Shown here: positions 19,688 to 28,254 of the stretch, in pieces
Layout of the letters: each line of letters opens with the position of its first letter
Numbering within the stretch: position 1 is the stretch's first letter
Assembly: GCA_025360065.1 (NCBI GenBank)
Contig: JANYCX010000135.1
Span: 1-57,819, forward strand
DNA: 57,819 nt
Source: Acetobacteraceae bacterium
GTDB taxonomy: Bacteria > Pseudomonadota > Alphaproteobacteria > Acetobacterales > Acetobacteraceae
Direction of reading: 5' to 3'
Program-made: the position numbers and the translations under genes
The notes under the pieces: generated by a model
Told to the model about the DNA's origin: nothing
The model's input: only the letters and a program-made list of their open reading frames with translations
Database searches by the model: none

Positions 19688-22600
19688 TTATTCCACCACC
19701 CTGACGAATACCGCCCGCTCCGTCGAGTGTGGCGCCAACCAGTAAGCCGGCGCCAGCGCTACGGTAATCGACAACACACCCAGTTCGGCGATTGCAAGGG
19801 TCGCGTCGCCATCGGTCCAGCACCAGCCTGCTTCCATCGCCAGCCAGCCCTGCCCGGTTCCAAACGCGACCGGGCGGCCATTCAAGTCGATATGGGCAAT
19901 TGCAACCCCCAGCCTGCGGCCATCGGCGCTGCTGGGATCGGTATCCACCGGCCGCGCCCATCGAGACCGGATTGCGACCGCTCCTGGGGTCGGAATATTG
20001 AAATGCCAAGTAGCTTCAATCCGCACGCCATTGAACCGGACACCGGCCAGCGAGACATGGAGGTCTGGGTCATCGGTCATGGTAAAGCCGATCCCTGCGG
20101 CGCGCGCGGCAAGGAACGCCCGCACTGCGCGCAATTCCGCCCCATCGGTGACCAGTCGCGCACACCCCTCGCGGGTCCAAACCGCACGGGCAAACTCGGG
20201 GTGCAACTGCACCGATGGCCCACCTTCGACAAAGGCATGGCGATTGCCGGTGTCGAGATAGGTTTCGCACGCCAAGCCCTCGGCAAAGACAACCGCATGC
20301 CGCGCGAGTTCGATATGCCAGTAAGTTACCCGGCCCCAATGCTGCTGCGCGATGGTTGCGCCGTTATCCAGGTAACGCACCGGGATGAGAGCGCCGTCCA
20401 CGAAAATCCCATGATCGGGGGAGAGCCAAAGATCGCAATTCGGCGTGGCACCGAACGCGTGCTGCATCACCCGAACTGGCCGCACGTCATGCGGGCGCGG
20501 GTGCTTCGTGCAGTCCAGACTGCGATGCCCGAGCCAGATGATCGGCGCATCGCTGCCATCGAGCAGCACAACCCGGTCGCCGATCTGCAAATTCTCGATC
20601 GCTACCGGGCCGGAAACCGTGCTAATCCGAGTGCCGGCGGCAAAACATGCGGTAATGCCGCCACCGCCGCCGGCAAAGCTGGTGGTAACGCTGGTACTGC
20701 CGAGCCCTGCTAGCTCGGATGGATCGAACAGATGCGCCGAGTCGAAATCGATCACCGCCGTCGTGGTCGCCGTGGTTGAGTCGTAAAACTCCAGTTGGTT
20801 GGCGGTGGCGTTGAAACGGGCGTTTCCAGACGAAACCCGGATCACGTTGCCGGCCTGGAACCCTGCCACGGACAGGAGTGACGGTACGGAATAGATCGAC
20901 GGGAACAGGCTGAAATCTTCGATCGTGCCCGCCTGCACGGCGATCGTGCCGATGGCGTCAGCGAATACGATGCGGGCGTGCACCCCTGCCGCAATGCCGA
21001 AACGACCGGCAACGTTCGGATTGATCGCGGTGAACACCCCGCCATTGGCGATGTTGACCTGCCCGGTTGGGATAAGGCTGTTGCCGACATAGTTAGTGTA
21101 GGCGCTGGCGAGGATGGTCGCGCCGCTATCGTTCAGCGTGCCGAAATCATTGCCGCCATTGTTGCGCCCGGTGAGGGTGAGGGTGCCAGACTGGGCGATG
21201 ATGGTGCCAAGATTGCGCGCAAAGGACAGGCTGGCGGTGCCGGCGGTGATGATCGTGGTGTCCGCGCCGATGACCGGGTCCTGGAACGCGCCGAAACTGG
21301 CCACCCCGCCCCATAGGGTCGCTACCGTTGGGCTGGAGAGGTCGCCGAGATTGATTTGCACAGCGTCCAGCGTGCCGGTGCTGCGCAATTGCCCGCCGGC
21401 GGCGATGTCTATGGTTCCGGGCAGGGTCGGGTCAATCGCATTGTGAACGCGCGACAGACTGTCCACCGTGAGGGTTTGCCCGCTGGCAATGCTGAGCGGA
21501 CCGCGCCATGCGATCCCGTTGAGGGCCGCCACCCGGCCGCCAAACGCGCCAGCCCGTGCGTCAACATGCCCGTTGACCAGGGTTGCGCCGTTGAACACCA
21601 CATGCGCGAGCGGCCCGTTGGCGCTGAAATCGACGGTGCCGCCACCGAGGTTGAAGGTTCCTGAAATGACAACCCGGCTGCTGGCATCGACCGCCAATCC
21701 AGCCGCCACCAGCGCGGCAAGGCTGGTGTTGGCGATATCGGCCTCGCCGCTATTGCTGATCGCGATGGCACCGGTGTTACGCACATCGCCCAGCAGCACC
21801 AAGGTCCCGCCATTGACCGCAATGGCGCCGCTGTTGACCAGTGTGCCGGAGGTGAAGCCGGCTTGGGTCCCGACGGTCAGCGTCTGGCCCGGGTTGACGG
21901 TGACCGTACCTGCGGTCGCAAGGGTGGTCGCGGCAATCAGCGTGCCGGTGCCTCGGACGGTCAAACTGGTCTGGCGGCCGAGGCCCAACGCCGCACTGCC
22001 CGACAGCACGCCACCCAATGAAATGGCGGCATTGTCGATTGTTTCGCCATCGGCGAAATTGAGACTACCGCCGGCAATGGTCAACTGCCCTGCCAAGCTG
22101 CCATCCTCGGCGCGCAACACCAGCCCGTTGCGCGCAACGAGGCTGCCGGCGATCACCAGCGCGCCGCGCCAGCCGATGCTGTCGAGCGTGCCGCCCGAGG
22201 CAAGCAGCGCGCCGCCCGCGGCGGTGATGCTGGCATTGCGCAACGTGCCAACCAGATTGAGCGTGCCGGCCTGCAGCGCGATGCTTGCGGTGGTCAGGAT
22301 GCCGCCGACCGATAAAGTTGCCTGGCCGTTGGTCAGGATCAGCCCGCCGATCGTCTGGGTGCCGGTCTGGTTCACCACATAGGCAATCGTGCCGGCCAGG
22401 CTCGCGGTTGCGGTCGCGTCGGGAACGCCGGTCGGCGTCCACAAATTCGCGTCGCCAAAACTGCCGGTGAGGCCGAGCCATTGCGGGGCGATCTGGGTGG
22501 CGGGCGGAAAAATATTGGTGATCGGGTTGGCGACGAAATCGGTGGTGATGGTGCCGGTGCCAAGCCCGGTCAGTTCGCCGGCGCTGTAAAGATGGACGCT

Positions 22601-25600
22601 CCCGAGGTTGACGGTGATCACCTCACCCGGCACGCCGCTATTGAAAAAGCGCAGGCTGTTGCTCGCCAGGTCAAATTGCGACGTGTTGGCGAAATCTGCC
22701 GTGATGACCGCGCCGGCGACCCAGCCGCTGATCGTGATGGTGTCCGATCCCGTGCCCGGATGGGTGGCAATCTCGAACGTGCCGTTATTGTCGATGAAGC
22801 GCGCGTTGACGTGGTTGCTGGCAAGACCGCTGGCATCAAGCAGTTTGAAAGTGCCACCATTGCCGATCTGGGTCTGCCCGACTGGGACCGGGTTGCCGAC
22901 CTGGTAGTCGGTCAGTCCGCCCGCGATCAACAGCCCTCCCGCGGTTTGCAGGATGCCGGCATTGCTGATCGCGCCGTCATTGCCCGCCAGCGTCAACGTC
23001 CCGGACTGGACGATAACAATGCCCTGATTGCGGGCGAGCGCGAGGCCTGCCAACCCATTGGCCAGCACGGTGGCGTCCGGACCAAGGCTGGGGTGGGTCA
23101 ACCGGACCTGCCCACCAGGCGTCACTAAATTGGCGCCAATGATCGCCGCGAGCGCGGTGTTATTCCCGAGCGCAATTGTGACGGCATCAAGCAGGCCGGA
23201 GGACGACAATACTGCCCCGGCGGCACTGAGATCGATGCTTCCGGCGAGGCTGCCAGTGCTATCCAGAAAGCGGTTTGTGCCGTCAGCGGTCAGCGTCGCA
23301 CCCGCCGCAACCACGGCCGGCCCCCGCCACACGATGCTGCGTAACATGACGGTGCTGAAGCTGAAATGCCCGGCATCGGCATCGACGGTGCCGTTGATCA
23401 GGGTTGCACCGCGCAGTGCGGCACCGCTGAGCGGGCTTGCCGCCCGAAAATCCAGGGTGGCGCCACCGAGATCGAGTGTTCCGGCCAACACCAGAATGCC
23501 TGCGGGATCGATCGCGATGCTGCCAGCAAGCAAGCCTGCCAGGGCTATGGTGCCCGCAGTCAGATCAAGCTCGGCGCCCGCCGCGACGCTGATGCTGCCA
23601 GTGTTGCTAAAGCCGGTGGTGCCACTGCCACCCAGGGTCAGCGTGCCGCCTGTTACCTTGATATGGCCCGCATTGGCGAAGCTGCCGGTCGCCAGAAGCT
23701 TTGCGGCGCCTGCGCGCGCCTGAAGCGTGGCGTGGCTGCCAAGCGTAAGCTCGGCGGCGGCGACCAATGTGGCGCCGAGATCGATGACTAGGTGATTCAG
23801 CGTTTCACGATCGGCAATTGTCACCGTGCCACTCGTGACGGTCAGCCGGCCGTCGCTGACGCCATCGGCTGCAAACACGTTGATGCCATTGCGAACGGTC
23901 ATACCGGAGCCGACGGCGAGGTCGCCAATCCAGGTGACGTTATCGAGCGTGCCGGCGCTGCCCGCGAGCAAGCGGCCAGCGGTTTGGGTTACGATCGTGT
24001 TCCGCAAAGTGCCGGGCAAATACAGCACGCCGTGCGCAAGCGCCAAGCCAGCGGCGGCACTTAACGCGCCACCGACAGTCAGCGTTGCAAGCGCATTGTT
24101 GATGATGGCGGCGGCAAGGGTGGTGGTGCCGGACTGGGTCGCGACATAGGCCACCGTGCCCGCCAGGCTGGCGGTTTCCCCCGCGCCCGGCACGCCCGTT
24201 GGTGCCCACTGGCTGGCATCATTGAAATTGCCGGTCAGCCCGAGCCATTGCCGCGTGCCAGGCGCAAAAGCCGGCAGGATATTGGCGGCGGCGACAAAGC
24301 TGGTCGCGATGCTGGCTCCACCGAGGCCCACCAGCTCGGTCGCGATGAAATGATGGCCGCTCGCGAAAGTGATCTGGGCGCGGGACAATCCGCTTGCGGG
24401 GTCAAGGAACACCAGGGTCTGGCTGGTCGCATCAAACTGCGAAATGCTGCCAGCGGCGGCGATGATGCTGTCGCCACTGGTAAAGCCGCTCACCGCTATC
24501 ACCGCCGGCGCCACCGTCCCGGCGATGGTGGCGAGCGATAATGTGCCAGCCCCGTCGGCGAAAGTAATGTTGGCCCGTGTGCTCGTGCTGGTCTGGATCG
24601 ACGCGAAATCAACCTCCACCACCCCGCCATTGCCGATGATGATCTGGCCGGTGGCGACAGCTATGCCGGGTTGGTAGTCGGAATAGGACTCGAGCCGCAG
24701 CACCCCGCCATTGACGACAATGCTGCCCTGATTAATGGCAGTGACAGGGGAGTAGGGCATCCCAACCGCGCTGCCGTGGGCGTTGCCCGACAGCGTAAGG
24801 CTGCCGGATTGCACCAGCACAGTACCAAAATTGCAGGCCAGCCCGAGCACCGCATTGCCGTTTGCGCGCAGAACAATGTTCGCGCCCAAGGTCGGGCCAA
24901 CAATCGAGTTCTGCCCATCTGCCAGGATCGTCCCGGCCAGCGTCGCGGTGCCAATCGCCCCGGCCACGCCCAACGCAATGGTCAGGTTATCAAGCGTCCC
25001 GGTTTCCAGCAGTCGACCGCCCGCAGCGATGCTCAGGGTTCCGGTCGCAATGCTGCTGGTCGCATCGGCAAAAACAGTCATGCCGGATGGCACGGTCCAG
25101 GAGCCGGTCCACTTCACCCGGCTCAAGGTGAGTTCATTGCCACCAAACACTGCCCCGGCTGCGTCAACCGTGCCGTTGCTCAGGGTCTCACCGCGGAATT
25201 CCACTCGGTTCAGCAGGCTGCCGGGACGAAAATTCACCGTCGCGCCGCCAAGGCCGAGTGTGCCCGCCAGCGCAAGCGTGCTCGCACTATCAAGACTGAT
25301 CGTGCCGGCGGTCAGCGCAGTCCACGCCAATGCGTTGGCGGTGATATCGAGCAGGCCGCCACTGGTGAGTGCAATGGTTCCGGTGTTGCCAACCCCGATC
25401 GGGCCACGCAGCGCTTGGGCAATGGTGAAGCTTGCCGGCACAATGATGGTGCCACCCGACACCAGGACTGTGCCGCTATTGTTCAGTGTGCTGGCGCCGA
25501 GGGTCAGGGTTTGGCCGGTCGCAACACTGATCACGCCGGCATTGCCGATCGTAGTCGCGGCCAGTAGCGCGCCAGATGTGCCGGCAGCAATCACCCCGCT

Positions 25601-25828
25601 GTGGATGTCGATGCTGGTCAGGCTGGCCAGAACGCCACTCACGCTGAGGGTGGCGAGCGCATTGCTGACAACCAGACCACCGACGATCATCGTGCCGGAT
25701 GTGCTGACGCCGTACGCGGATGCGCCACCCAGGCTCGCAATATCCGCCGTACCAGGCGTGCCGGTCGGTGACCACGCAGCGTCGGTGTCGAACAGCGCGG
25801 TCTGGCCGTTCCATTGCTTGGTGGTCAC
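19688..25828 (-). CDS. Giant (2046 aa) modular repeat protein with a C-terminal Hint (Hedgehog/intein-like) domain
   Basis: GTG start preceded by GAAGGGG. Three tandem modules, then CFAAGTRI...SPDHGIFV...FAEGLACETYLDTGN, which matches the bacterial Hint_2-type domain. No signal peptide, no RTX nonapeptides, no beta-barrel. Confidence 0.85.
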   Translation of the reverse strand: MTTKQWNGQTALFDTDAAWSPTGTPGTADIASLGGASAYGVSTSGTMIVGGLVVSNALATLSVSGVLASLTSIDIHSGVIAAGTSGALLAATTIGNAGVISVATGQTLTLGASTLNNSGTVLVSGGTIIVPASFTIAQALRGPIGVGNTGTIALTSGGLLDITANALAWTALTAGTISLDSASTLALAGTLGLGGATVNFRPGSLLNRVEFRGETLSNGTVDAAGAVFGGNELTLSRVKWTGSWTVPSGMTVFADATSSIATGTLSIAAGGRLLETGTLDNLTIALGVAGAIGTATLAGTILADGQNSIVGPTLGANIVLRANGNAVLGLACNFGTVLVQSGSLTLSGNAHGSAVGMPYSPVTAINQGSIVVNGGVLRLESYSDYQPGIAVATGQIIIGNGGVVEVDFASIQTSTSTRANITFADGAGTLSLATIAGTVAPAVIAVSGFTSGDSIIAAAGSISQFDATSQTLVFLDPASGLSRAQITFASGHHFIATELVGLGGASIATSFVAAANILPAFAPGTRQWLGLTGNFNDASQWAPTGVPGAGETASLAGTVAYVATQSGTTTLAAAIINNALATLTVGGALSAAAGLALAHGVLYLPGTLRNTIVTQTAGRLLAGSAGTLDNVTWIGDLAVGSGMTVRNGINVFAADGVSDGRLTVTSGTVTIADRETLNHLVIDLGATLVAAAELTLGSHATLQARAGAAKLLATGSFANAGHIKVTGGTLTLGGSGTTGFSNTGSISVAAGAELDLTAGTIALAGLLAGSIAIDPAGILVLAGTLDLGGATLDFRAASPLSGAALRGATLINGTVDADAGHFSFSTVMLRSIVWRGPAVVAAGATLTADGTNRFLDSTGSLAGSIDLSAAGAVLSSSGLLDAVTIALGNNTALAAIIGANLVTPGGQVRLTHPSLGPDATVLANGLAGLALARNQGIVIVQSGTLTLAGNDGAISNAGILQTAGGLLIAGGLTDYQVGNPVPVGQTQIGNGGTFKLLDASGLASNHVNARFIDNNGTFEIATHPGTGSDTITISGWVAGAVITADFANTSQFDLASNSLRFFNSGVPGEVITVNLGSVHLYSAGELTGLGTGTITTDFVANPITNIFPPATQIAPQWLGLTGSFGDANLWTPTGVPDATATASLAGTIAYVVNQTGTQTIGGLILTNGQATLSVGGILTTASIALQAGTLNLVGTLRNASITAAGGALLASGGTLDSIGWRGALVIAGSLVARNGLVLRAEDGSLAGQLTIAGGSLNFADGETIDNAAISLGGVLSGSAALGLGRQTSLTVRGTGTLIAATTLATAGTVTVNPGQTLTVGTQAGFTSGTLVNSGAIAVNGGTLVLLGDVRNTGAIAISNSGEADIANTSLAALVAAGLAVDASSRVVISGTFNLGGGTVDFSANGPLAHVVFNGATLVNGHVDARAGAFGGRVAALNGIAWRGPLSIASGQTLTVDSLSRVHNAIDPTLPGTIDIAAGGQLRSTGTLDAVQINLGDLSSPTVATLWGGVASFGAFQDPVIGADTTIITAGTASLSFARNLGTIIAQSGTLTLTGRNNGGNDFGTLNDSGATILASAYTNYVGNSLIPTGQVNIANGGVFTAINPNVAGRFGIAAGVHARIVFADAIGTIAVQAGTIEDFSLFPSIYSVPSLLSVAGFQAGNVIRVSSGNARFNATANQLEFYDSTTATTTAVIDFDSAHLFDPSELAGLGSTSVTTSFAGGGGGITACFAAGTRISTVSGPVAIENLQIGDRVVLLDGSDAPIIWLGHRSLDCTKHPRPHDVRPVRVMQHAFGATPNCDLWLSPDHGIFVDGALIPVRYLDNGATIAQQHWGRVTYWHIELARHAVVFAEGLACETYLDTGNRHAFVEGGPSVQLHPEFARAVWTREGCARLVTDGAELRAVRAFLAARAAGIGFTMTDDPDLHVSLAGVRFNGVRIEATWHFNIPTPGAVAIRSRWARPVDTDPSSADGRRLGVAIAHIDLNGRPVAFGTGQGWLAMEAGWCWTDGDATLAIAELGVLSITVALAPAYWLAPHSTERAVFVRVVE
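20231..20647 (-). other. Hint (Hedgehog/intein) autoprocessing domain, aa 1728-1866
   Basis: Cys1 nucleophile (C1728) directly after a GGGGGITA linker. (S/T)xxH-type motif SPDH (His about aa 1806). VTYWHIELARHAVVFAEG block. Confidence 0.8.
20648..22483 (-). repeat. Protein module 3 of the giant protein (aa 1116-1727)
   Basis: Begins QWLGLTGSFGDANLWTPTGVPD and ends ELAGLGSTSVTTSFAGGGGGITA. Confidence 0.8.
22484..24250 (-). repeat. Protein module 2 of the giant protein (aa 527-1115)
   Basis: Begins QWLGLTGNFNDASQWAPTGVPG and ends ELTGLGTGTITTDFV...ATQIAP. Confidence 0.8.
24251..25816 (-). repeat. Protein module 1 of the giant protein (aa 5-526)
   Basis: Begins QWNGQTALFDTDAAWSPTGTPG and ends ELVGLGGASIATSFV...PGTR. 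Shares ordered landmarks with modules 2 and 3. Confidence 0.8.
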
Positions 25829-26235
25829 CGCGACCCCTTCAAATTCCTGTGCGGCGCCTGAAAGGGCGTACCGTTCGTCAAACTCAGTTCAAGCGGTATC
25901 ACCTAGTGACCGCAGTCGATTATCAAATCGCCACCATCCTGTTGGGAATTCGTAAATTAACGGTTAAAACAGCGACGCTCCTGGGTTTTTTGGAGCGATC
26001 ATCCGCGCGGGGCATGCGCCCTTGCCATAGGTGGCCCGAGGTTTGCCACTGGACTCGGATCGGCCGATCCTCTAGACCGCCGTCCCTCTACCGGAACGCG
26101 GGAGATTTTTGGGCGTGCCGGTATCACCGTTCCTATGCAGGTTCGGCGATGCCAGCTCCCAGAAGTCGCATGGACCGCGGTCCCCCCTGAACGCCTCGCG
26201 CATGGAATGTGCCGAGAAAACAAGGATTTGGGATT

Positions 26236-26670
26236 ATGGCTAAAAAGATCGTCGGCTATATTAAGCTGCAAATTCCAGCCGGCAAGGCGAACCCTTCGCC
26301 GCCAGTTGGCCCTGCATTGGGTCAACGCGGCTTGAACATCATGCAGTTCGTCAAGGAATTCAACGCTGTCACCGCACAGATGGAGCCGGGCACGCCAACC
26401 CCGGTCGTCATCACCGCCTTTGGTGACCGTACCTTCACCTTCATCACCAAAACCCCGCCCAACACGCATTTTCTCAAGAAAGCGGCCGGGATTACCAAGG
26501 GCACGACCACCCCAGGCAAGGGCGCAGCGTCCGGCCGGGTGACCACGAGCCAGCTGCGTGATATCGCGGCGATCAAGATGAAGGACATGAACGCCAGCGA
26601 TGTCGATGGCGCCGTGCGGATGTTGACCGGTTCGGCCCGCTCGATGGGTCTCATTGTGGTGGAGGGCTGA
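26236..26670 (+). CDS. rplK: 50S ribosomal protein L11
   Basis: [32 protein letters not shown]. The internal ATG was chosen over the longest ORF. Confidence 0.97.
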   Translation: MAKKIVGYIKLQIPAGKANPSPPVGPALGQRGLNIMQFVKEFNAVTAQMEPGTPTPVVITAFGDRTFTFITKTPPNTHFLKKAAGITKGTTTPGKGAASGRVTTSQLRDIAAIKMKDMNASDVDGAVRMLTGSARSMGLIVVEG

Positions 26671-26675
26671 TTATC

Positions 26676-27380
26676 ATGGCACACAACAAACGCCTGACCT
26701 CCGGCTACGCCGCATTCGACCGCAACCAGTCTTTTGATCTCGCCGCCGCGATCGCGATGGTCAAATCCAATGCCCGCAGCAAGTTCGACGAAACCATTGA
26801 AATCAGCCTTAATCTCGGGATCGATCCGCGTCATGCCGATCAGATGGTCCGGGGCGTTGTCGGGCTGCCGAATGGTACCGGCAAGTCGGTCCGGGTGGCG
26901 GTGTTCGCCCGTGGCGCCAAGGCCGAGGAAGCCCTCGCCGCTGGTGCCGACGTGGTCGGCGCCGACGATCTGGCCGAAAAGGTTCAGGCTGGCGACATCC
27001 AGTTCGACCGCTGTATCGCAACGCCGGACATGATGGGTCTGGTTGGTCGTCTCGGTAAAATTCTCGGGCCGCGCAACTTGATGCCGAACCCACGTCTCGG
27101 CACCGTCACCATGGACGTCAAAGGCGCGGTGACCGCCGCCAAGGCCGGACAGGTTGAATTCCGTGCCGAAAAGGCCGGCATTGTCCATGCCGGCATTGGC
27201 AAGGCATCGTTCCCGACCGAAGCGCTGCTGGAAAACGCCCGCGCTTTCGCCGATGCGATCCTGAAGGCCAAGCCGGCCGGCGCGAAGGGTACCTATCTGC
27301 AAAAAGTTGCGGTCAGCTCGACCATGGGCCCCGGCGTGCGCGTCGATGTCGCAACCGTCGGTGCCGGCACCGCGCTTTAA
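26676..27380 (+). CDS. rplA: 50S ribosomal protein L1
   Basis: Full-length L1 sequence ([16 protein letters not shown]..., GPRNLMPNP). Confidence 0.97.
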   Translation: MAHNKRLTSGYAAFDRNQSFDLAAAIAMVKSNARSKFDETIEISLNLGIDPRHADQMVRGVVGLPNGTGKSVRVAVFARGAKAEEALAAGADVVGADDLAEKVQAGDIQFDRCIATPDMMGLVGRLGKILGPRNLMPNPRLGTVTMDVKGAVTAAKAGQVEFRAEKAGIVHAGIGKASFPTEALLENARAFADAILKAKPAGAKGTYLQKVAVSSTMGPGVRVDVATVGAGTAL

Positions 27381-27714
27381 CCAAATACGCCGCCGGTTCG
27401 TCGGCGGTGGGCAGGGGGCGGGAGCCCCCGAACCTGTCCAAGACCGCATGTTGTTTACGGCGCCGTTCGCGGCGTGTCGGGCATTGAAGACCTGATCCAG
27501 GGTCGCACGTGGGAGACGGGGAAGCCCGGGATTTCAGCCCATTTTCCCTTGTGGAGGATGGGACCCTGGCGGTTCCGCAAGACCGGGCGTTGCAAGACGC
27601 TCCGGGGACAGGCGAACCGGGATAGTTCAACGTCGGCAACGACTGCGAGGTGTCCCATGGGTAAACCGGTCGGAGATGATATCAATCATTGCCGACCACC
27701 GATGGAGACGGGAT
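27381..27714 (+). promoter_or_regulatory. Structured rplJ leader (candidate L10-leader type autoregulatory RNA and/or rplKA terminator plus rplJL promoter)
   Basis: 334-nt spacer with at least three GC-rich hairpins: 27388-27409; 27414-27429 (GGGA loop); 27461-27474 (UUCG loop). In other bacteria L10(L12)4 binds a leader at this position. Confidence 0.4.
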
Positions 27715-28254
27715 TTGGACCGTACGGAGAAGCACGCCTTCGTCGACCTCCTCGCCGCCGTATTCGCCGAGACGTCGATGGTTGTGGTCACCCAGAACAA
27801 GGGTTTGACTGTGGCCGAATCGACCAATCTGCGACGCCGGATGCGCGAAGCTGGGGCGACGTTTAAGGTTGCCAAGAACCGGTTGGCCGTCCTTGCTTTG
27901 CATGGGACCCGCTTCGACAGCATCGCACCACTGCTGAAGGGACCGACCGCGCTTGCGTGGGCTCGGGATCCGGTCGCCGTGGCGAAAGCTGCTGTCGAGT
28001 TCGCCAAAACCAACGATAAGTTCGTCATTCTCGGTGGTGCGCTTGGCACCCAGGCACTCGATGTGGCTGGGATCAAGGCATTGTCGGAATTGCCGTCGCT
28101 GGACGTGCTGCGCGCCGGATTGGTGGGGATGATCCAAACCCCCGCCACCCGTATCGCGGGCATTCTTCAGGCGCCGGGCGGACAGATCGCGCGGGTTTTG
28201 GCGGCCTATGCCAACAAAGACGACGCAGCCGAGGACGCAGCCGAAGCAGCCTGA
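27715..28254 (+). CDS. rplJ: 50S ribosomal protein L10
   Basis: (L->M)DRTEKHAFVDLLAAVF... aligns to L10 N-termini. TTG at 27715 follows GGAGA with a 6-nt spacer. The longest ORF from ATG 27676 adds 13 non-conserved residues. Confidence 0.9.
   Translation: MDRTEKHAFVDLLAAVFAETSMVVVTQNKGLTVAESTNLRRRMREAGATFKVAKNRLAVLALHGTRFDSIAPLLKGPTALAWARDPVAVAKAAVEFAKTNDKFVILGGALGTQALDVAGIKALSELPSLDVLRAGLVGMIQTPATRIAGILQAPGGQIARVLAAYANKDDAAEDAAEAA

Noticed and set aside
20231-20647. Could the Hint domain be a mobile intein?
   Set aside because: There is no homing-endonuclease insert and no C-terminal His-Asn plus downstream Cys/Ser/Thr. It is not embedded in a recognisable host protein whose exteins would religate. 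It fits the stand-alone bacterial Hint (Hedgehog-like) type instead.
24783-25955. 390-aa plus-strand ORF, and other long plus-strand ORFs between 19.7 and 25.9 kb (e.g. 19727-20713, 21468-22382, 24671-25567)
   Set aside because: All lie antisense to the giant Hint-domain gene. Their translations are Pro/Arg/Ala/Ser-rich with no motifs. They are typical shadow ORFs of a high-GC coding strand.
25976-25997. Hairpin cgctcc-tgggtttttt-ggagcg as a terminator upstream of rplK
   Set aside because: The T-run lies in the loop rather than after the stem, and no gene ends nearby on either strand.
25829-26000. ECF-type (GGAAC-N16/17-CGT) or clear sigma-70 promoter for the giant gene
   Set aside because: Only weak partial matches were found on the minus strand, e.g. 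TTGAAC...TACG and TTGATA-N17-GGTGAT. None is convincing enough to annotate without TSS data.
26322-27449. 375-aa minus-strand ORF over rplK/rplA; similar cases at 52914-54023 (over rpoA), 14253-15308 (over copD) and 15870-16856 (over the thioesterase/SDR genes)
   Set aside because: All are antisense shadows of genes with clear homology-type motifs.
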